Positions 50,829 to 63,905 of a DNA stretch of 64,000 bases are shown here, in pieces. The stretch lies in assembly GCA_951406725.2 (NCBI GenBank), contig OX597817.1, positions 158,720,001-158,784,000 on the forward strand, read 5' to 3'. The notes beneath the pieces are model-generated. The model was given only the letters and a program-made list of their open reading frames with translations, was not told the DNA's origin and ran no database searches. The first letter of the stretch is position 1; the number at the start of each line of letters is the position of its first letter. This DNA is from Octopus vulgaris. Taxonomy: Eukaryota. A program made the position numbers and the translations under genes.

Positions 50829-51220
50829 TAACTCTTTAGTATTTAAACTGGCCATATCTGGCTCAAATATTCTACATGCTTTATATGTTCAAGGTGGCCA
50901 GATCTGCCATCTCTCACTAACCATGCAATATCATTCTTAAAATTAACAGCTACGTCATCAAAATTTCAAAGCTATGAAATAATGCACAAGTAATTCAAAA
51001 CTATGAATAAATACGTAAAAGCACCCACTACACTCTCAGAGTGGTTGGCGTTAGGAAGGGCATCCAGCTGTAGAAACTCTGCCAGATCAAGATTGGAGCC
51101 TGGTGTAGCCATCTGGTTCGCCAGTCCTCAGTCAAATCGTCCAACCCATGCTAGCATGGAAAGCGGACGTTAAACGATGATGATGATGATGATTTGACAG
51201 AGTAATCTGAATGCTGAGGC
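50829..51220 (-). mobile_element. piggyBac-type MITE, family 1 (diverged), split by a family D insertion
   Basis: Homologous body on both sides of 51014-51193. Confidence 0.7.
51014..51193 (+). mobile_element. Family D element (5'-truncated)
   Basis: Core and GAT tail inside a piggyBac MITE. Confidence 0.85.
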
Positions 51221-52180
51221 CGGAGATAAATAATGGTTTCATATTTTGGCACAATGCCAGCAATAATAAGGGGAATAGGCAAGTCAATTACATTGACCTC
51301 AGTACCTGACTGGTACTTTATTTTATAGGCCCCAAAAGAATGAAAGGTAAAGTTGACCTTGATGGGATTTGAATTCAAAACATAGATGAAAGAAATGTCA
51401 GTAAATATTTTGTCTGACGAGCTAACGATCCTGCCAGCTCGCCACCATAACCTAATTTAATGATTTCTGAAGTAGACATAAGGCCACCCATTTTAGGAAA
51501 GAGTAAAACAGACTACATTCACTATTACTTCACTGGGATGATGTTAAATGTAGACAATGAAAGGATGTCTGACATATTTTTAAAGCATGATGCAAAAATA
51601 CCTAAGCTCTGAGAATTTTTAAAGGCTGGTGCTTAACTTCAGTTTCACAGTGTTGAACAGATATACCCTTTGGTTAGCATGGCAGCTGCTCACAGTTAAT
51701 TCCCAGATAATCTGCTTTCTGTTAAATGCTGCTAACTATATTCAATGAGGAAATGTAAAAGCGTTTTATTTAAATACACAATTAACACAGAATTTATGAG
51801 CGGATATTCTCACTATCTTACAAATTCTACCACTTTGTAAAAGATTTTTGTAAAATATCACACCTTAAGTCCACTCCTTCAAATATTCTCTGGATTTTTG
51901 CTTGCATAAAAAATGTACAGTAATTTAGTGTATCAAGAAGAGATACACAGCAAAGATTTGCATTATTTTAACTTGGCACTATAAAGCAGTGATTCTCAAT
52001 CATTTTTTATCTATGGACCCCCTTTGATTCTTATTTCACTCGGGTGAATTCTCATAGCTATTCATCATTTAAAAAAATATTTATTAGGAATTGTATTAAA
52101 AAAATCATTAAAATATTATGTATGATATAAAAGTATAATCAATTTATCGCTCATAAATTTTAACAACAAAATCTTATATG

Positions 52181-52658
52181 TTCTATATTTTAGAGAGGAG
52201 GAATTCTGTACATTATTTACACTGGATGGATACATGTCATCTTGTTTGTTGTTAAAATAATAGACAGAAAACACCACTGAAAAATATGAAAGCTAAAAGA
52301 GGCAGCACATATGCTAGGACACAATAACCTCCTAAGCAGACCTAGTGCAGATATGAGTAGAATATGGGAACTGGTATTAAGGAAGGATAAGAAAATATTA
52401 TGTTTATAAGCCCTAAAATTCACTCTATAATTGCCCACAGGCATATAGTGTAATGATTAAGAGTGTGGGCTATGAACCCCAAAATTGCAAGTTCAATTCC
52501 AGGCAGTGCCTTGAATAAAGAATAATAACAACAACAACCCAGGGTTGGGTTCAAAATTCCCACCAGGATACCTGATGAAGGCTGGAGAGTAAATCAGCTG
52601 AAAAGTTGTGGTAACAACAAACAAGAGGACACATATCCGTCCAATCTAAATTATGTAT
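52181..52658 (+). mobile_element. 5'-truncated Penelope-like element (EN C-terminus, tRNA-like segment, hammerhead) with inverted 3'-end copy
   Basis: 13-bp TSD AAAATCTTATATG (52168-52180, 52659-52671); 52251-52409 reads VKIIDRKHH*KI*KLKEAAHMLGHNNLLSRPSADMSRIWELVLRK (PLE C-terminus-like); 52209-52256 is an inverted copy of 52611-52657. Confidence 0.75.
52567..52612 (+). ncRNA. Degenerate minimal type I hammerhead ribozyme motif
   Basis: CTGATGA (52572-52578), stem II GGCTG/CAGCT, GAAA (52600-52603), then AGTT instead of CGTT; imperfect stem I GATAC/GTGGT. Confidence 0.6.
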
Positions 52659-53130
52659 AAAATCTTATATGGTCCCCACCAAGGAACATTTAAACTCAAG
52701 TTGAAAACCATTGCCATAAAATTTTTAAAATAAATGAATAAAATGGACAATATCAGCTATGTAATGTTGTTGGCATTTAGAGCAGCAAACTATATCCTTG
52801 AGATCTTTCAGAGAGCAAGATGAGAAGTTCTTTGAAAATAAAAGATTTTATTTGGTATTCAGTATAGTGCAAACATCTGAACACTGACCTCTCAGCAATG
52901 CTAGCAAATTCTGTGCTACTGAAAGAAAACCTCATTTCATGATACTTGTAAAATTTTTTATGTGTCTGGTTTCAATTCAAATCAGCATCTATCAGATAAG
53001 TACCATCATTAAACAGTAATTAAATCAAATTATTGGCTTAATCGAAAACGGAAACTTTTCCTAATAATGTAGGTACAGTTTATAATACTTTCCTCCATAA
53101 ATGAGCTAGTATCATCCAGAATTACATCCT

Positions 53131-53425
53131 CAAGAAGATATACTCACTAGAAGCAACGAAATCTCCGCTACAAGCCATACTCACCCAAAACAATGAACTC
53201 TTCCCAACAAGCTATACTCACCCAAAACACTGAACTCTTCCCAACAAGCTATCTCACCCAAAACAATGAACTCTTCCCAACAAGCTATACACACCCAAAA
53301 CAATGAACTCTTCCTTACAAGCTATACACATCCAAATCTATGGACTCTTCTCAACAAGCTATGCTCACCCACATCAATGAATTTTCCTTGTCAAGACTCA
53401 ATCACCCACAATAACGAACTTCTCG
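53131..53425. repeat. 37-bp minisatellite (about 8 units)
   Basis: Unit CAAGCTATACTCACCCAAAACAATGAACTCTTCCCAA at 53171, 53208, 53245, 53281, 53318, 53355 and 53392. Confidence 0.9.
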
Positions 53426-53814
53426 CTGGTTACAACTAAAAGATCTTGTATTAAGCGCTTCTCATCTGTACAAAGCTAAGAATCCCAGAAGTATAAAATT
53501 CCAAACCAACATTCCTTAGACTTTATACAAGGTTCCCATTTACACAGTAAGTCTGTGTATGCGTGAGTGTCTATCTGTGTATGTGCTTGCAAATAAGCAA
53601 GTATTTGTTAATGTACATTCATAAATATGTGTGTAACAGATATTTTCTTTGCCTGTATATGTGTGTATTAATAAATGATAGTCTGAATATGTTATGAGAG
53701 AATATAGTGTCTTTCATGTATGTGTGTGTTCATACACATACAATTATATACACATATACATGAATAAACAAAATTATGTATACATATGTAATATATATAT
53801 ATAATTTCATGTAG

Positions 53815-54040
53815 ACTGTATTAAAATAAGAACTACTAATAGTTTCTTACTATTAAAACATGTGGTTAGGCAGGTTTTTATAACTTGCCTTGTGCCTCCA
53901 AACAATCTTCGGGTTCTAAGTATGATACATAGTGCTCAGAGCCTGTAGATTGTTTGGAGACGCATGGTTGGTTTTAAAAATCTGCCTAACCACATGTCAT
54001 GATGACAAGATATTATTAGTAGCTCTAATTCTAATACAGT
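53815..54040. repeat. Old diverged fold-back element
   Basis: ACTGTATTA..CATGTGGTTAGGCAG..TCCAAACAATCT mirrored by AGATTGTTTGGA..CTGCCTAACCACATG..TAATACAGT. Confidence 0.75.
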
Positions 54041-54576
54041 GTGCATTAAGTAATATTTATTGCTCACTGGATAGAGTACTTTTTTGGTTGATCTTACCCT
54101 AACAGAACAGTAAGTTATCTTACACACACACACACACACACACACAAACAAACACACACACACATACATACATTTCAGCATCATCATCATTTAAATGTTG
54201 GCAAAGGTTGGACAGAATCTGGCAAGCTGCAGAGAGGGCTACGTCAAGCTCCAATGTCAGCTTTGATGTGCATGTGTATGTATATATGTAATTCATGTGC
54301 ATACATATAGGTATACATGTCAATACACACACACACGCACACACACATACGTGCATTGTTACTGAACAATCTGAACAAATGGCTGTTTTAAGTGAAGAAA
54401 GTCTGTGCAGGGACAACTGCACTCTCTCTTAAATGTATATCCTAAACTGGTGTACAGTATGTCGCATGTCAGAAGAAGAAATTATGCAAAATACTAACAA
54501 ACTAATGCTGATCTCCCTTACTGCTGCTGTCCACATCATAAGAACTCTTTGCCACAGTTTGTCTATTACTTATGTC

Positions 54577-54780
54577 GGCAAGCTGACAGAATCGTTAGCA
54601 CACTGGGTGAAATGCTTAGCAGTATTTCGTCTGTTTTTACATTCTGAGCTCAAATTCCACCAAGGTTGACTTTGCCTTTCATCCTTTCAGGGTTGATAAA
54701 TTAAATACCACTTGCATACTGGGGTCGATCTGGACCCCTCCCACAAAATTTCAGGCCTTATGCCAACAGTTGAAAAGAAT
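54577..54780 (+). mobile_element. SINE family B (older variant)
   Basis: Head and Nin-like core. Confidence 0.75.
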
Positions 54781-55325
54781 GGGTTGTCTAATATTACTAA
54801 ATATATAGGTACAGGTGTGGCTGTGTGGTAAGAAGCTTGCTTCCCAATGACAGGGTTGTGGGATCAGTCCCACTGTGCGACACCTTGGGCAAGTGACTTC
54901 TACTATAAGCCCATGGCCAAACAATGCCTTGCGAGTGGATTTGGTATGCAGGAATTGAAAGAAGCCCTTTGTGTGCCTCCTTGTCTTGACATTCTGAAAA
55001 AGTTGTAGAATGAGCCTAACCATCTGAGAAGCAATGTTATTCAGTTCCAATCTACCATGAAAACATGTTCATTTATGGGGGAAAATAAAACCTTACTCGC
55101 AAACAGGAAGGGCACCCACCCATAGATCTGCTTCAATAATTCCAACCAATCCAATTCATGCAAGCATGGAAAGGTGGACGTTAAAATGATGATGGATGTG
55201 GGTGTGTGTTTTCAAATATGAACAAATTAAAATATGTTTTTAGGTGATCTTCCACTGGGCTATGCAGATCGTTATACAGAAAAATCTCTCAACAGACTTT
55301 ATATGTGGACACACACACACACACG

Positions 55326-55370
<45 letters not shown>

Positions 55371-55429
55371 ACACACACACATATATGAATATATGAACAC
55401 AAACACACATGCAAAATATTATATACATA

Positions 55430-55676
55430 TGCTAGCATGGGTTGGATGGTTCGACCGGGGTCTGGGAAGCCAGGAGGCTGCACCAGGCTCCAGTCTGATC
55501 TGGCAGTGTTTCTACAGCTGGGTGGTTGGCATTAGGAAGAGCATCCAGCTGAAGAAACACTGCCAGATCAGACTGGAGCCTGGTGCAGCCTTCTGGTTTC
55601 CCAGACCCCGGTCGAATCGTCCAACCCATGCTAGCACGGAAAACGGATATTAAACAATGATGATGATGATGATGAT
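55430..55676 (+). mobile_element. Family D fold-back insertion (inverted duplication plus direct copy)
   Basis: Arms 55430-55521 and 55545-55636, followed by the tail. Confidence 0.85.
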
Positions 55677-56216
55677 ACATAAATCCATGCTTATGAATAA
55701 ACACATGTTACTTTAAGCAAGTGTCTTGTACTGTAAACTCAAGCAGCCAAAGCCTTGTGAGTGGATTTGGCAAATGGAAACTAAATGGTCATTGTATATA
55801 ATATATATATATAAATGTATGTAAAACATTTGAGCTATATTTCTGGTTTAAGGATACACCCACCCTCTCTCACCTCAGTTTCAGAGGCTCAGGAAAGAGT
55901 AATAGACACTGCCCTCCCACCTGACTTGGATATAACAAAGAAAAAAATTCATCATTTAGCGTCCGTTCTCCATGATGATGATGATGATGATGATGATATA
56001 TATATATATATATATATATATATCCTTAATGTACTCCTGAGGGACAGCCTGTGACAATGTCGACCCTTTGAATTACACCTGCAGCATTGGGAATGACCAG
56101 AAGCTATGATAAAAGACATTTGCTCAAAATGCCAGGCATTGAGATTGAATCAGGAACTCCTGACTGTAAAGCAAACTTTTAAACCATTTGGTCATGCATG
56201 CATACACGCACATACA

Positions 56217-56256
<40 letters not shown>

Positions 56257-58632
56257 CACACACACACATACACTCATACAAGTAAAACCAGTAGTCAAAT
56301 TCCTCATCAACTCTATGACTCATCCGATGAAGCTAGAAACTTAGAAGATACCATAACTTTGTGGCAACACTCACATACACGAGCCTGGGGGTGGAAGAAC
56401 AACTTTACTGCCAATGAAGAATTACAATTATCAAATAATGAATTAGTTCTAAGGAATATCAAATTAACAGTGCAATGGGAATGGTAACTCTATCAGTGTG
56501 TGTAGGCTTATATACATTGTGTCTATGTGCATGTATGTACGTATGTATGTAGTGAGAAAGAAAGTATGCAGACACATGTGTGTGTGTGTGCACTCATAAA
56601 CACAAAATAAAAATACACATGCCTTTATACAAATTCTTTTTACACCCACAGATACATATATAAGTATGAAATGAAAACGTAAGCATTGTGTGTATATTAC
56701 AGATAACATAGCTTAACAGACAATATATTCTCATCACACACACACATCCAAGAATCATCATCATCATCGTTTAACATCCGCTTTCCATGCTAGCATAGGT
56801 TGGAATGTTTATGGAAAATACCCATATGCATATGTGATTATTTAATTCAATATATTTCTAGTCCTCTTCTAAAAGCGGAGACTGAGTTCCAAAAGGGAGC
56901 CTGTAGGACTTACAACTGAATCATGAATTCCTCTTATTCGATTTGTTTTAGGTTTTAGATACTGTTAATGCATTATAATGTTCTGTCATTTTCCTCATAT
57001 TATAATAATGAATATTATTTATGTTAGAAATCATTTACTACATAGACATGTATATGAGAAGTATAAAACACCCTCAACTGCCGACAAATGTTTTTACTTC
57101 CAATTATTGCGTCTATGGTAATGTATCCCGTTTTAACGTTCCCTCTAATAATACTATGGATGTTCTAAGAGTGTTTTGTGAGGAGAAGTTTCAGGAAATT
57201 GGTTTTACAGGAAAAACAGCAATGTAGACACATAGTGTGTACATGGAGATGGGATGGAGTAAGATCATTTGATGCTTGCTTTCCTTCAAATTAGTTCTAC
57301 ATTCACATGCATCTTGCCACCTCTGTGAGCTAATTACATCATTCTCACTCACTCTTTCTCTCTCTCCTCCCACAGACCAAATTACCATTAACACCAACCT
57401 GGCAACCTGTAAACCTGCCTACTGCCATCTTTGGCACTTCACACACCCACCTAGCATCTCTCACAACCATACCTACCTATTATCAAAGAAACAAACAGCA
57501 ACAAACATATAAAAGAATTAGGGAGAAACTAAATCAGCACCAGCAAGTCTGTTTTTGGCACCAAAAGCACATGCTGCTACAGGGAAACACCACCACCTCA
57601 CAACACAGCAACACATATTACTCTCTTGCTCTCCTCAGTAAATAGCGGAAGCTAAAAATATGAGTCCTAACAATTTACGCTAACAGCCTGAAAAAATAAT
57701 TATAGGAGGACAAAATAAAACAAAGTTTAAACAAGGATGCTTTTCCTAAGGCAGTTATAATAAAAAAAATACTGCTTCCATTGAGACTACAGACTTCAGT
57801 TTTCTAGGACTTTCCACTGTACCATCCAATTATTATTATTAAAAGGGTAGTATTAAAGGCAGATTTGGTAGAATGCTTGATGAAATGCTTTGTATTTAGT
57901 TAGGTCCATTTATGTTCTGGGTCCAATTTAAACAAGGGCTGACTTTGCTTTTTGTATTTCCAAGACTGATGCAATAAGTACTAATGAAGTGTTAGTCCTT
58001 GATTAGTATTTATGCCTCCTGTTTCTTGACAGGAGGCATTATTATTAGGGTTTCAGTTCAACCCAATTACTCAAGCTGACCCTCTCAACAGATTAACATA
58101 AAAAAATTAATTATAATTATTTCTTTAAGGTGAAACAGCTAATATTTCAGGCGATGGCATGTAAAACTCAAATGTATTACAGATACATACTTTGCAAAAG
58201 AAAAATGGCCAAGCAAATATGGTAACAAAGTATCAGCTCCATATGCTTTATTCAAATCCACAACAGGCATTTCAATGTGAATCTAAACACTTTGTTCCAC
58301 ATTGTCTCACTTCATCTAGCTGTAGGAACAGGTAACCTGTGACAAACTGGTACCCTATCCAAAGATAGCATGCACACACACATACACAATCTCTCTCCAC
58401 TCATCTCTATTAAATCCTAGATAAGCATACTTTAAATGCCATTTGCATCTTTACTGTAAAGGGAGTAAAATTAAAATGAAGTCAGCACTAACGTAAACTC
58501 AACTTGGAACTAAATTATCAAACCATTGTATGGTTCCAATCTTTATCTTTTCATAAGACTTAGTCAGAAGACGAAGGTAACCTCAGACCAGAGTAAGTTT
58601 AACTGCTTGCCGCATAGTGTTCTCAAATATAC

Positions 58633-60091
58633 CTTCAACATATCTTTTTCACTAAATGGTGCTGCAGTTTTACACAGATCTATACACCATACAAACAATA
58701 GCAATGATAAAAATGTATTTCTAAGGCTACACACAGACAGGGCTTCAAAAGCAGTTCTTTGTATGTCACAGCAAACTTGTCTTACTAAACATTCATTCAA
58801 TAAATAGGACAGGTGGTGGTGAGGCTAAACCAGGTGATGGTTTAAGTCTATGATAAATACACAGGCCTTTGTAAATAACAATCATTTTTTTTTCTGTAAC
58901 AGCACAAGGATGATAAGAAGAGATCCCAGAGAAACAAAAGGCAAAGTTGACCCTGATTGGATAAATATATAATGCTGTGAGGTTTTGTATGGCACTTCAC
59001 CATTTGTTCCATTTCACTGCCTTGTCTTTGACAATAATTGTGGTGTTTAGGGGGTGGATTTTTATAGATAAGCCACAAATTTGTAAAGGAGATTTCAGTG
59101 AAGATAATCACCCCTGCAACCTGATTGGTTTATTTTATAACTTATGTATTTCCTGAGAACATTGACATGGTTCATTCAACAGCAACAATTGTTGCTTACA
59201 TTGGCTTAAGGTTATGGTTTCGTTGGGATGGAATACAGTTGATTGATAGTCCACAATACATTACAGATACTAAATATTTCAACCTCAAATCTAATCAACA
59301 CTGACTTTACCTGTCACTCGAAAAGGCGTAGTAGAAAAAGTTAGTGTTGGCAAGATGTGAATGCAAAACATTGAAACATCAAGTTGCCAACGGAAGAGCA
59401 AAATAGAGAAGGAAAGCAATGCCTGAAATATGAACATTTATTTATTTTCTTTCGACTTGTTTAATATATGCTTACATTTCATTACATTTTATCTGTGCAT
59501 GTGTGTATGCAAGGGAGAGCAAGCGAGCGAGAGAGAATGGTGTATGTATGCAAAAAAAGTATGTGTGTGAAAGGTGAGAGAGTTATGTGTTGTAAATATG
59601 TTACTAGATCAACAACAGAATCAGTGCACCAAACTAAATCAGGTAGCGAGACAGGAAGGGAGGGATTTACTGATTTTAACAATCACCACTTGTCTCTGTT
59701 TTATCTTGTGTCACTCTGACATCCGAAAACCATTTTTATTTGAACACACATCTCTCACACACGTATGCACATACACTTTCAAAGACAATATATATACATA
59801 TATATTTCTGTCACTTACACATATGTTGCTGCTTCAATGCAAATTCTTACATTCACTTGAAGCATGAAAATGTTGAAATTACTGACTACAAGCATTACTG
59901 TACACCCACCACAACACTACTGGATTACTTTCACTCCTCCACTTCAACAGATCTTTGTCACTAAATGGTGCTGCAGTTTTACACAGATCTGTACACCATA
60001 CGGACAATATGATAAAAATGCATTTCTAAGGCTACATACAGACAAGGCTTCATAAGTAGTTCTTTGTATGTCATAGTGAACTTGTATTACT
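58633..60091 (+). repeat. Pair of about 150-bp direct repeats (58633-58786 and 59942-60091)
   Basis: TCACTAAATGGTGCTGCAGTTTTACACAGATCT..TTCTAAGGCTACA..TTCTTTGTATGTCA in both. Confidence 0.85.
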
Positions 60092-61049
60092 TAACTTACA
60101 TTTACTATGTTAATGATCAAACAAATTAATCAACTGATTTAAATAGACTTTTAAATTAAAATCTAATGTGAAATATTTTACATCAAAATTATTTTGGATT
60201 TATTGTCTACATATTAAGTATATTATATACCTTGTTTACAAGGTATATAATATACCTCAAGTTTATACAGAAATACATGTTTGGATAACAATTCAACTTT
60301 TTGATTATTATGCATATCAATTAATTTTTAAAAAATCAAGGATATGAAGATTTAGTGAAGTAAGTAGAATTAACTTAAAAATTGTGATAAAAAGATTTAA
60401 TTTAATATGAATATTGTAAAAGAAACATTTTTGTTTTGATAGAAGCAAAAGTGGTTCTGGGTGGATTGGTACAAAAGTGTTGTTACATGGTATATAAGAA
60501 TGTATTAGTACTCATAAAGCATTTTATATTCATACATACATTGTTTACAAATAAACTTTGTAATCCAAGATTAATTGTCACACTTCCATTTCTTTTTTAA
60601 TCACTAACAGACCAATAGAACATGAAAATAATCAGTTTACTGACATATTTGTTTAGAACGTATAAAGACTTGTTGGTGCTTGGTTGGAGGTTTTGAGTTA
60701 TTACTCAGAATCACCGTAACAGAATTAAAAGTAACCAACGAGGACAAAGTTGGAAACAATGCAGTCAGTTTTGAGAATTGAAATCTGTATTCTTGGGTAC
60801 CATTCCATTACTGGAATGTTAAAGCACCCTGTGGATGTATGCTGCAGTAAAACTTGTGATCTAAGAGACACGAGATCAATGAAACCCAAAAATGGGAAAC
60901 TTTGCCAGAGGAATTTATACTGGACACAACAGAATTGAATTTAAGCTGCAACAACATTGCTTTTGCTGAAGTTTCCAAGAACAAGCAACCAATGATATGC
61001 AACATAGGAAAACCAATATCCACAAGATCTAACTCAAAGGAAACCTTAA

Positions 61050-61271
61050 CCCTTTAGTGTTCGCATTATTCTGCCAAAATTAATCACTTTTTTATCCACA
61101 TTGTTTTGAACTAATCATGCATTATCTTGTAACTACGAGATTTTGATGAGGTAGCTGTTAATTTTTAAAACGATATTGTAGGGTTGGTGTGAGAGACCAG
61201 ATCTGGCCAGTTTGAACATAAAACAGGCAGAATACTTTTGGCTGGATATGGCTGGTTTAAATGCTAAAGGG
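61050..61271 (+). mobile_element. piggyBac-type MITE, family 1
   Basis: TTAA TSD and TIRs. Confidence 0.85.
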
Positions 61272-63905
61272 TTAAGCAGTACTTTCAACATTCAATAACA
61301 GCCAGTTAAGTTTTTACTGAACTTATATACAGCTAACATTTGAAATATTGCTTATATATCTACCACAGAGAGATCCTATTGTTTTAAACATATATACTTC
61401 AGTCTAGAATAGCAGTCAGCTAAACCAAGCTTCTCATATCAGCTGTTGACAGATCAGTATAAATGAAACAGTTTTATTGCAGAATAGAACCTACAACCAG
61501 GTAGTCCCATACTCTACTGTAGTCATTAACTGGCAACAATTCTAACTCAGTGGTGAAGTTGCAGAAATAAAGAACACCAGACAAAATACCCTGTAGTACT
61601 TGTGTCCCTTTACAGCACTTTCTATCTGTCTGAGATTGAAAATGATGGGTACAGTAAACTACCTCCTATCCATCATCACTAGCCCCAAAGGGATGCTGGA
61701 TAACTGAATTTTCCCCATCTCTGACCATCACTTTAAATGACCATTGCATCTTGCAGAAGTCATTAAAATTCTATATATTCATCAGTGTTATCATTAATAT
61801 TCTAAATATAGTAGAAATGAGAGAAATAGGAAGAAATAAAAATATAATTTAAGTGTGGAATAAGTTTAGGTATTGTAAATGTTGTTATACATCACTAGTT
61901 ACAATGCAAGTAAAAGAATATATTGTACTGTACTTTGAGAAGCAACAAGCCATTTTAGACACAGTAGAAGGCTATTAATAACAACTAATTAATGAACACA
62001 AATTAGCACAAATTAACACATTTTCTTTTTTACTTTTTTTTTCTGAATGCTGGTAGCTTGAAAGTTCCAGTTATTTGAGTATTGGATAAGAGGGTCAGGT
62101 ATCTCCTGATAAATTGAGATGATTCAATCGACTATACCCTTCCTCTTTGAGCCAATATATATATAAAAAAAAAATCAATAGAAATTGTCCTAATTTCTAA
62201 GAGAAACCAACAAAACTACAAAAGTTACAAGCATTGACCTTCTTTTCTGAAAAATGAAGTTAACAGGCTGGAAAATCGTAATTACTATCGCAACAACTCA
62301 TTTTAGAAATTTAAACATGAAAGTTGAATAGCCAGTCTTAAAACATATTCTAAGCTATAAAATATATTTACTCTAATGAGTCATCTAAAATTTCAAAATA
62401 TCCAAAGCTTCTGAAACTCAGCCCCATTTACAATAAAACTGAGGTTAAAAAACATAGCAACAAAAGAAAACAAAAGACGTGTTCTTGAAATAAATCATTT
62501 ACAAGAGAATTTTTTTCTTAACCTAATTTGTCTTCTATTTCCCTCTCTCAACTGACCTTTCCATTTTTACTTCAAACAATATGCTAGCTCAAAGAGGCCA
62601 TGAAGCACAATCTAAATCTTAGAACATTAATCTTCAATTAATATAATACTTTAAACAGCTTATAACAGTGAGGATAAGGAAGAATTAAACTATGAGGGCC
62701 GCTGACCTATCAAATGTCTCTCTCTCTGATATATCTTCCTTCCTTCCTTAGCTGATCCTTACATCTGTTGTTAGATGATTCAACCAATTAAATTTCACAT
62801 GAACGGAAGTATCTACCAATGGGTGATCATATCTTGAGTTATAGATAAGATCACACTGATTCAGCTGCCAATGTAGAAGTTTTACTCAGTACAGCTAACA
62901 TTTATCAGCTTTACTACTACTAACACTGTTTGCAACAGTGAGTTCTTCCTGTTGTACAATATTTGCTTACATTTATAGGTGGACCGATTCGTTAGATATA
63001 AGTGCCTTGGCTATGGACACACAGAAGTACTGGTGAGAAGATGTATCCATTATTCTTTCACCTATCTGTTTGATACTTTATCAACCCAAATACCCATGCT
63101 CTCTATATGATGCACTTCTCAAAACGCCATGCAACATCTTGTAACTAAATCCTAAAACTTAAATAGATTTTCTTTTTAACATGTTTCCTTAAAAAGGACT
63201 TAGGTTTCAGTCCCCTAAAATATGCTCTATTAATAGACTCAATAAAAATTTCTCTATAACAGACACTGCAGAATAAAAAAATAAAAAAAACCAAAGTGCT
63301 AGTGTTCAGAGAAACTAAACTCCACACAGTTGCTCAAACTAGAAACAGCAGCAAAACCAGCTTACTATCTTAAAGTAGCATACAGATGATGTAATCCTAG
63401 ATATATTAGAAATAAAGACATGAAAATAAGATGGGTTGTTTGTGGTTAGAATACTTTTGATCATAAGTCTTAGAGATTAAAACTGACCTGGAGTAAAACA
63501 GCAGCAACAAGAACCTGAGGAAAAAAGTGGTAATCAAAATTTTACAACCTTCCAAAAGACTTCTCATACTAAAGGCTCTGGCAAAACATTCTCCTCTCCT
63601 CGCAGTACAGAAATTCACAGACTTTTATGAGGTTTGAAAACACAATGAACATATTTAAATCTTTGATGACCATTTAAAGTTATTTTCTCTTCTCACTTAT
63701 GCATAGATTACATCACATTAAAATGCCTATACAATTTTCTTACAACTCAGATTAGCTGGATTAACTGCCAGCTGCCTTGAAATATGAAGAGTTGAAATAA
63801 AGAAATGTAGAAACTAATGTGCCAAGAAAGAAGATAACCTGGAATAGTGGGTGAGAAGCATTAACTATTTTGTGAATATCTATTTCAAACAAGGATACAT
63901 TCAGT

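Larger units (their letters stand above)
51987..52713. mobile_element. hAT (Charlie-like) MITE hosting the PLE insertion
   Basis: CAGTGATTCTCAA / TTGAAAACCATTG termini; degenerate 8-bp flanks CTATAAAG/CCATAAAA. Confidence 0.55.

Noticed and set aside
53131-53425. 37-bp repeats as a CRISPR array
   Set aside because: Head-to-tail units with no unique spacers.
60218-60255. Perfect 18-bp hairpin (also an 11-bp one at 58012-58039)
   Set aside because: Short, with no family or functional context; likely a local template-switch product.
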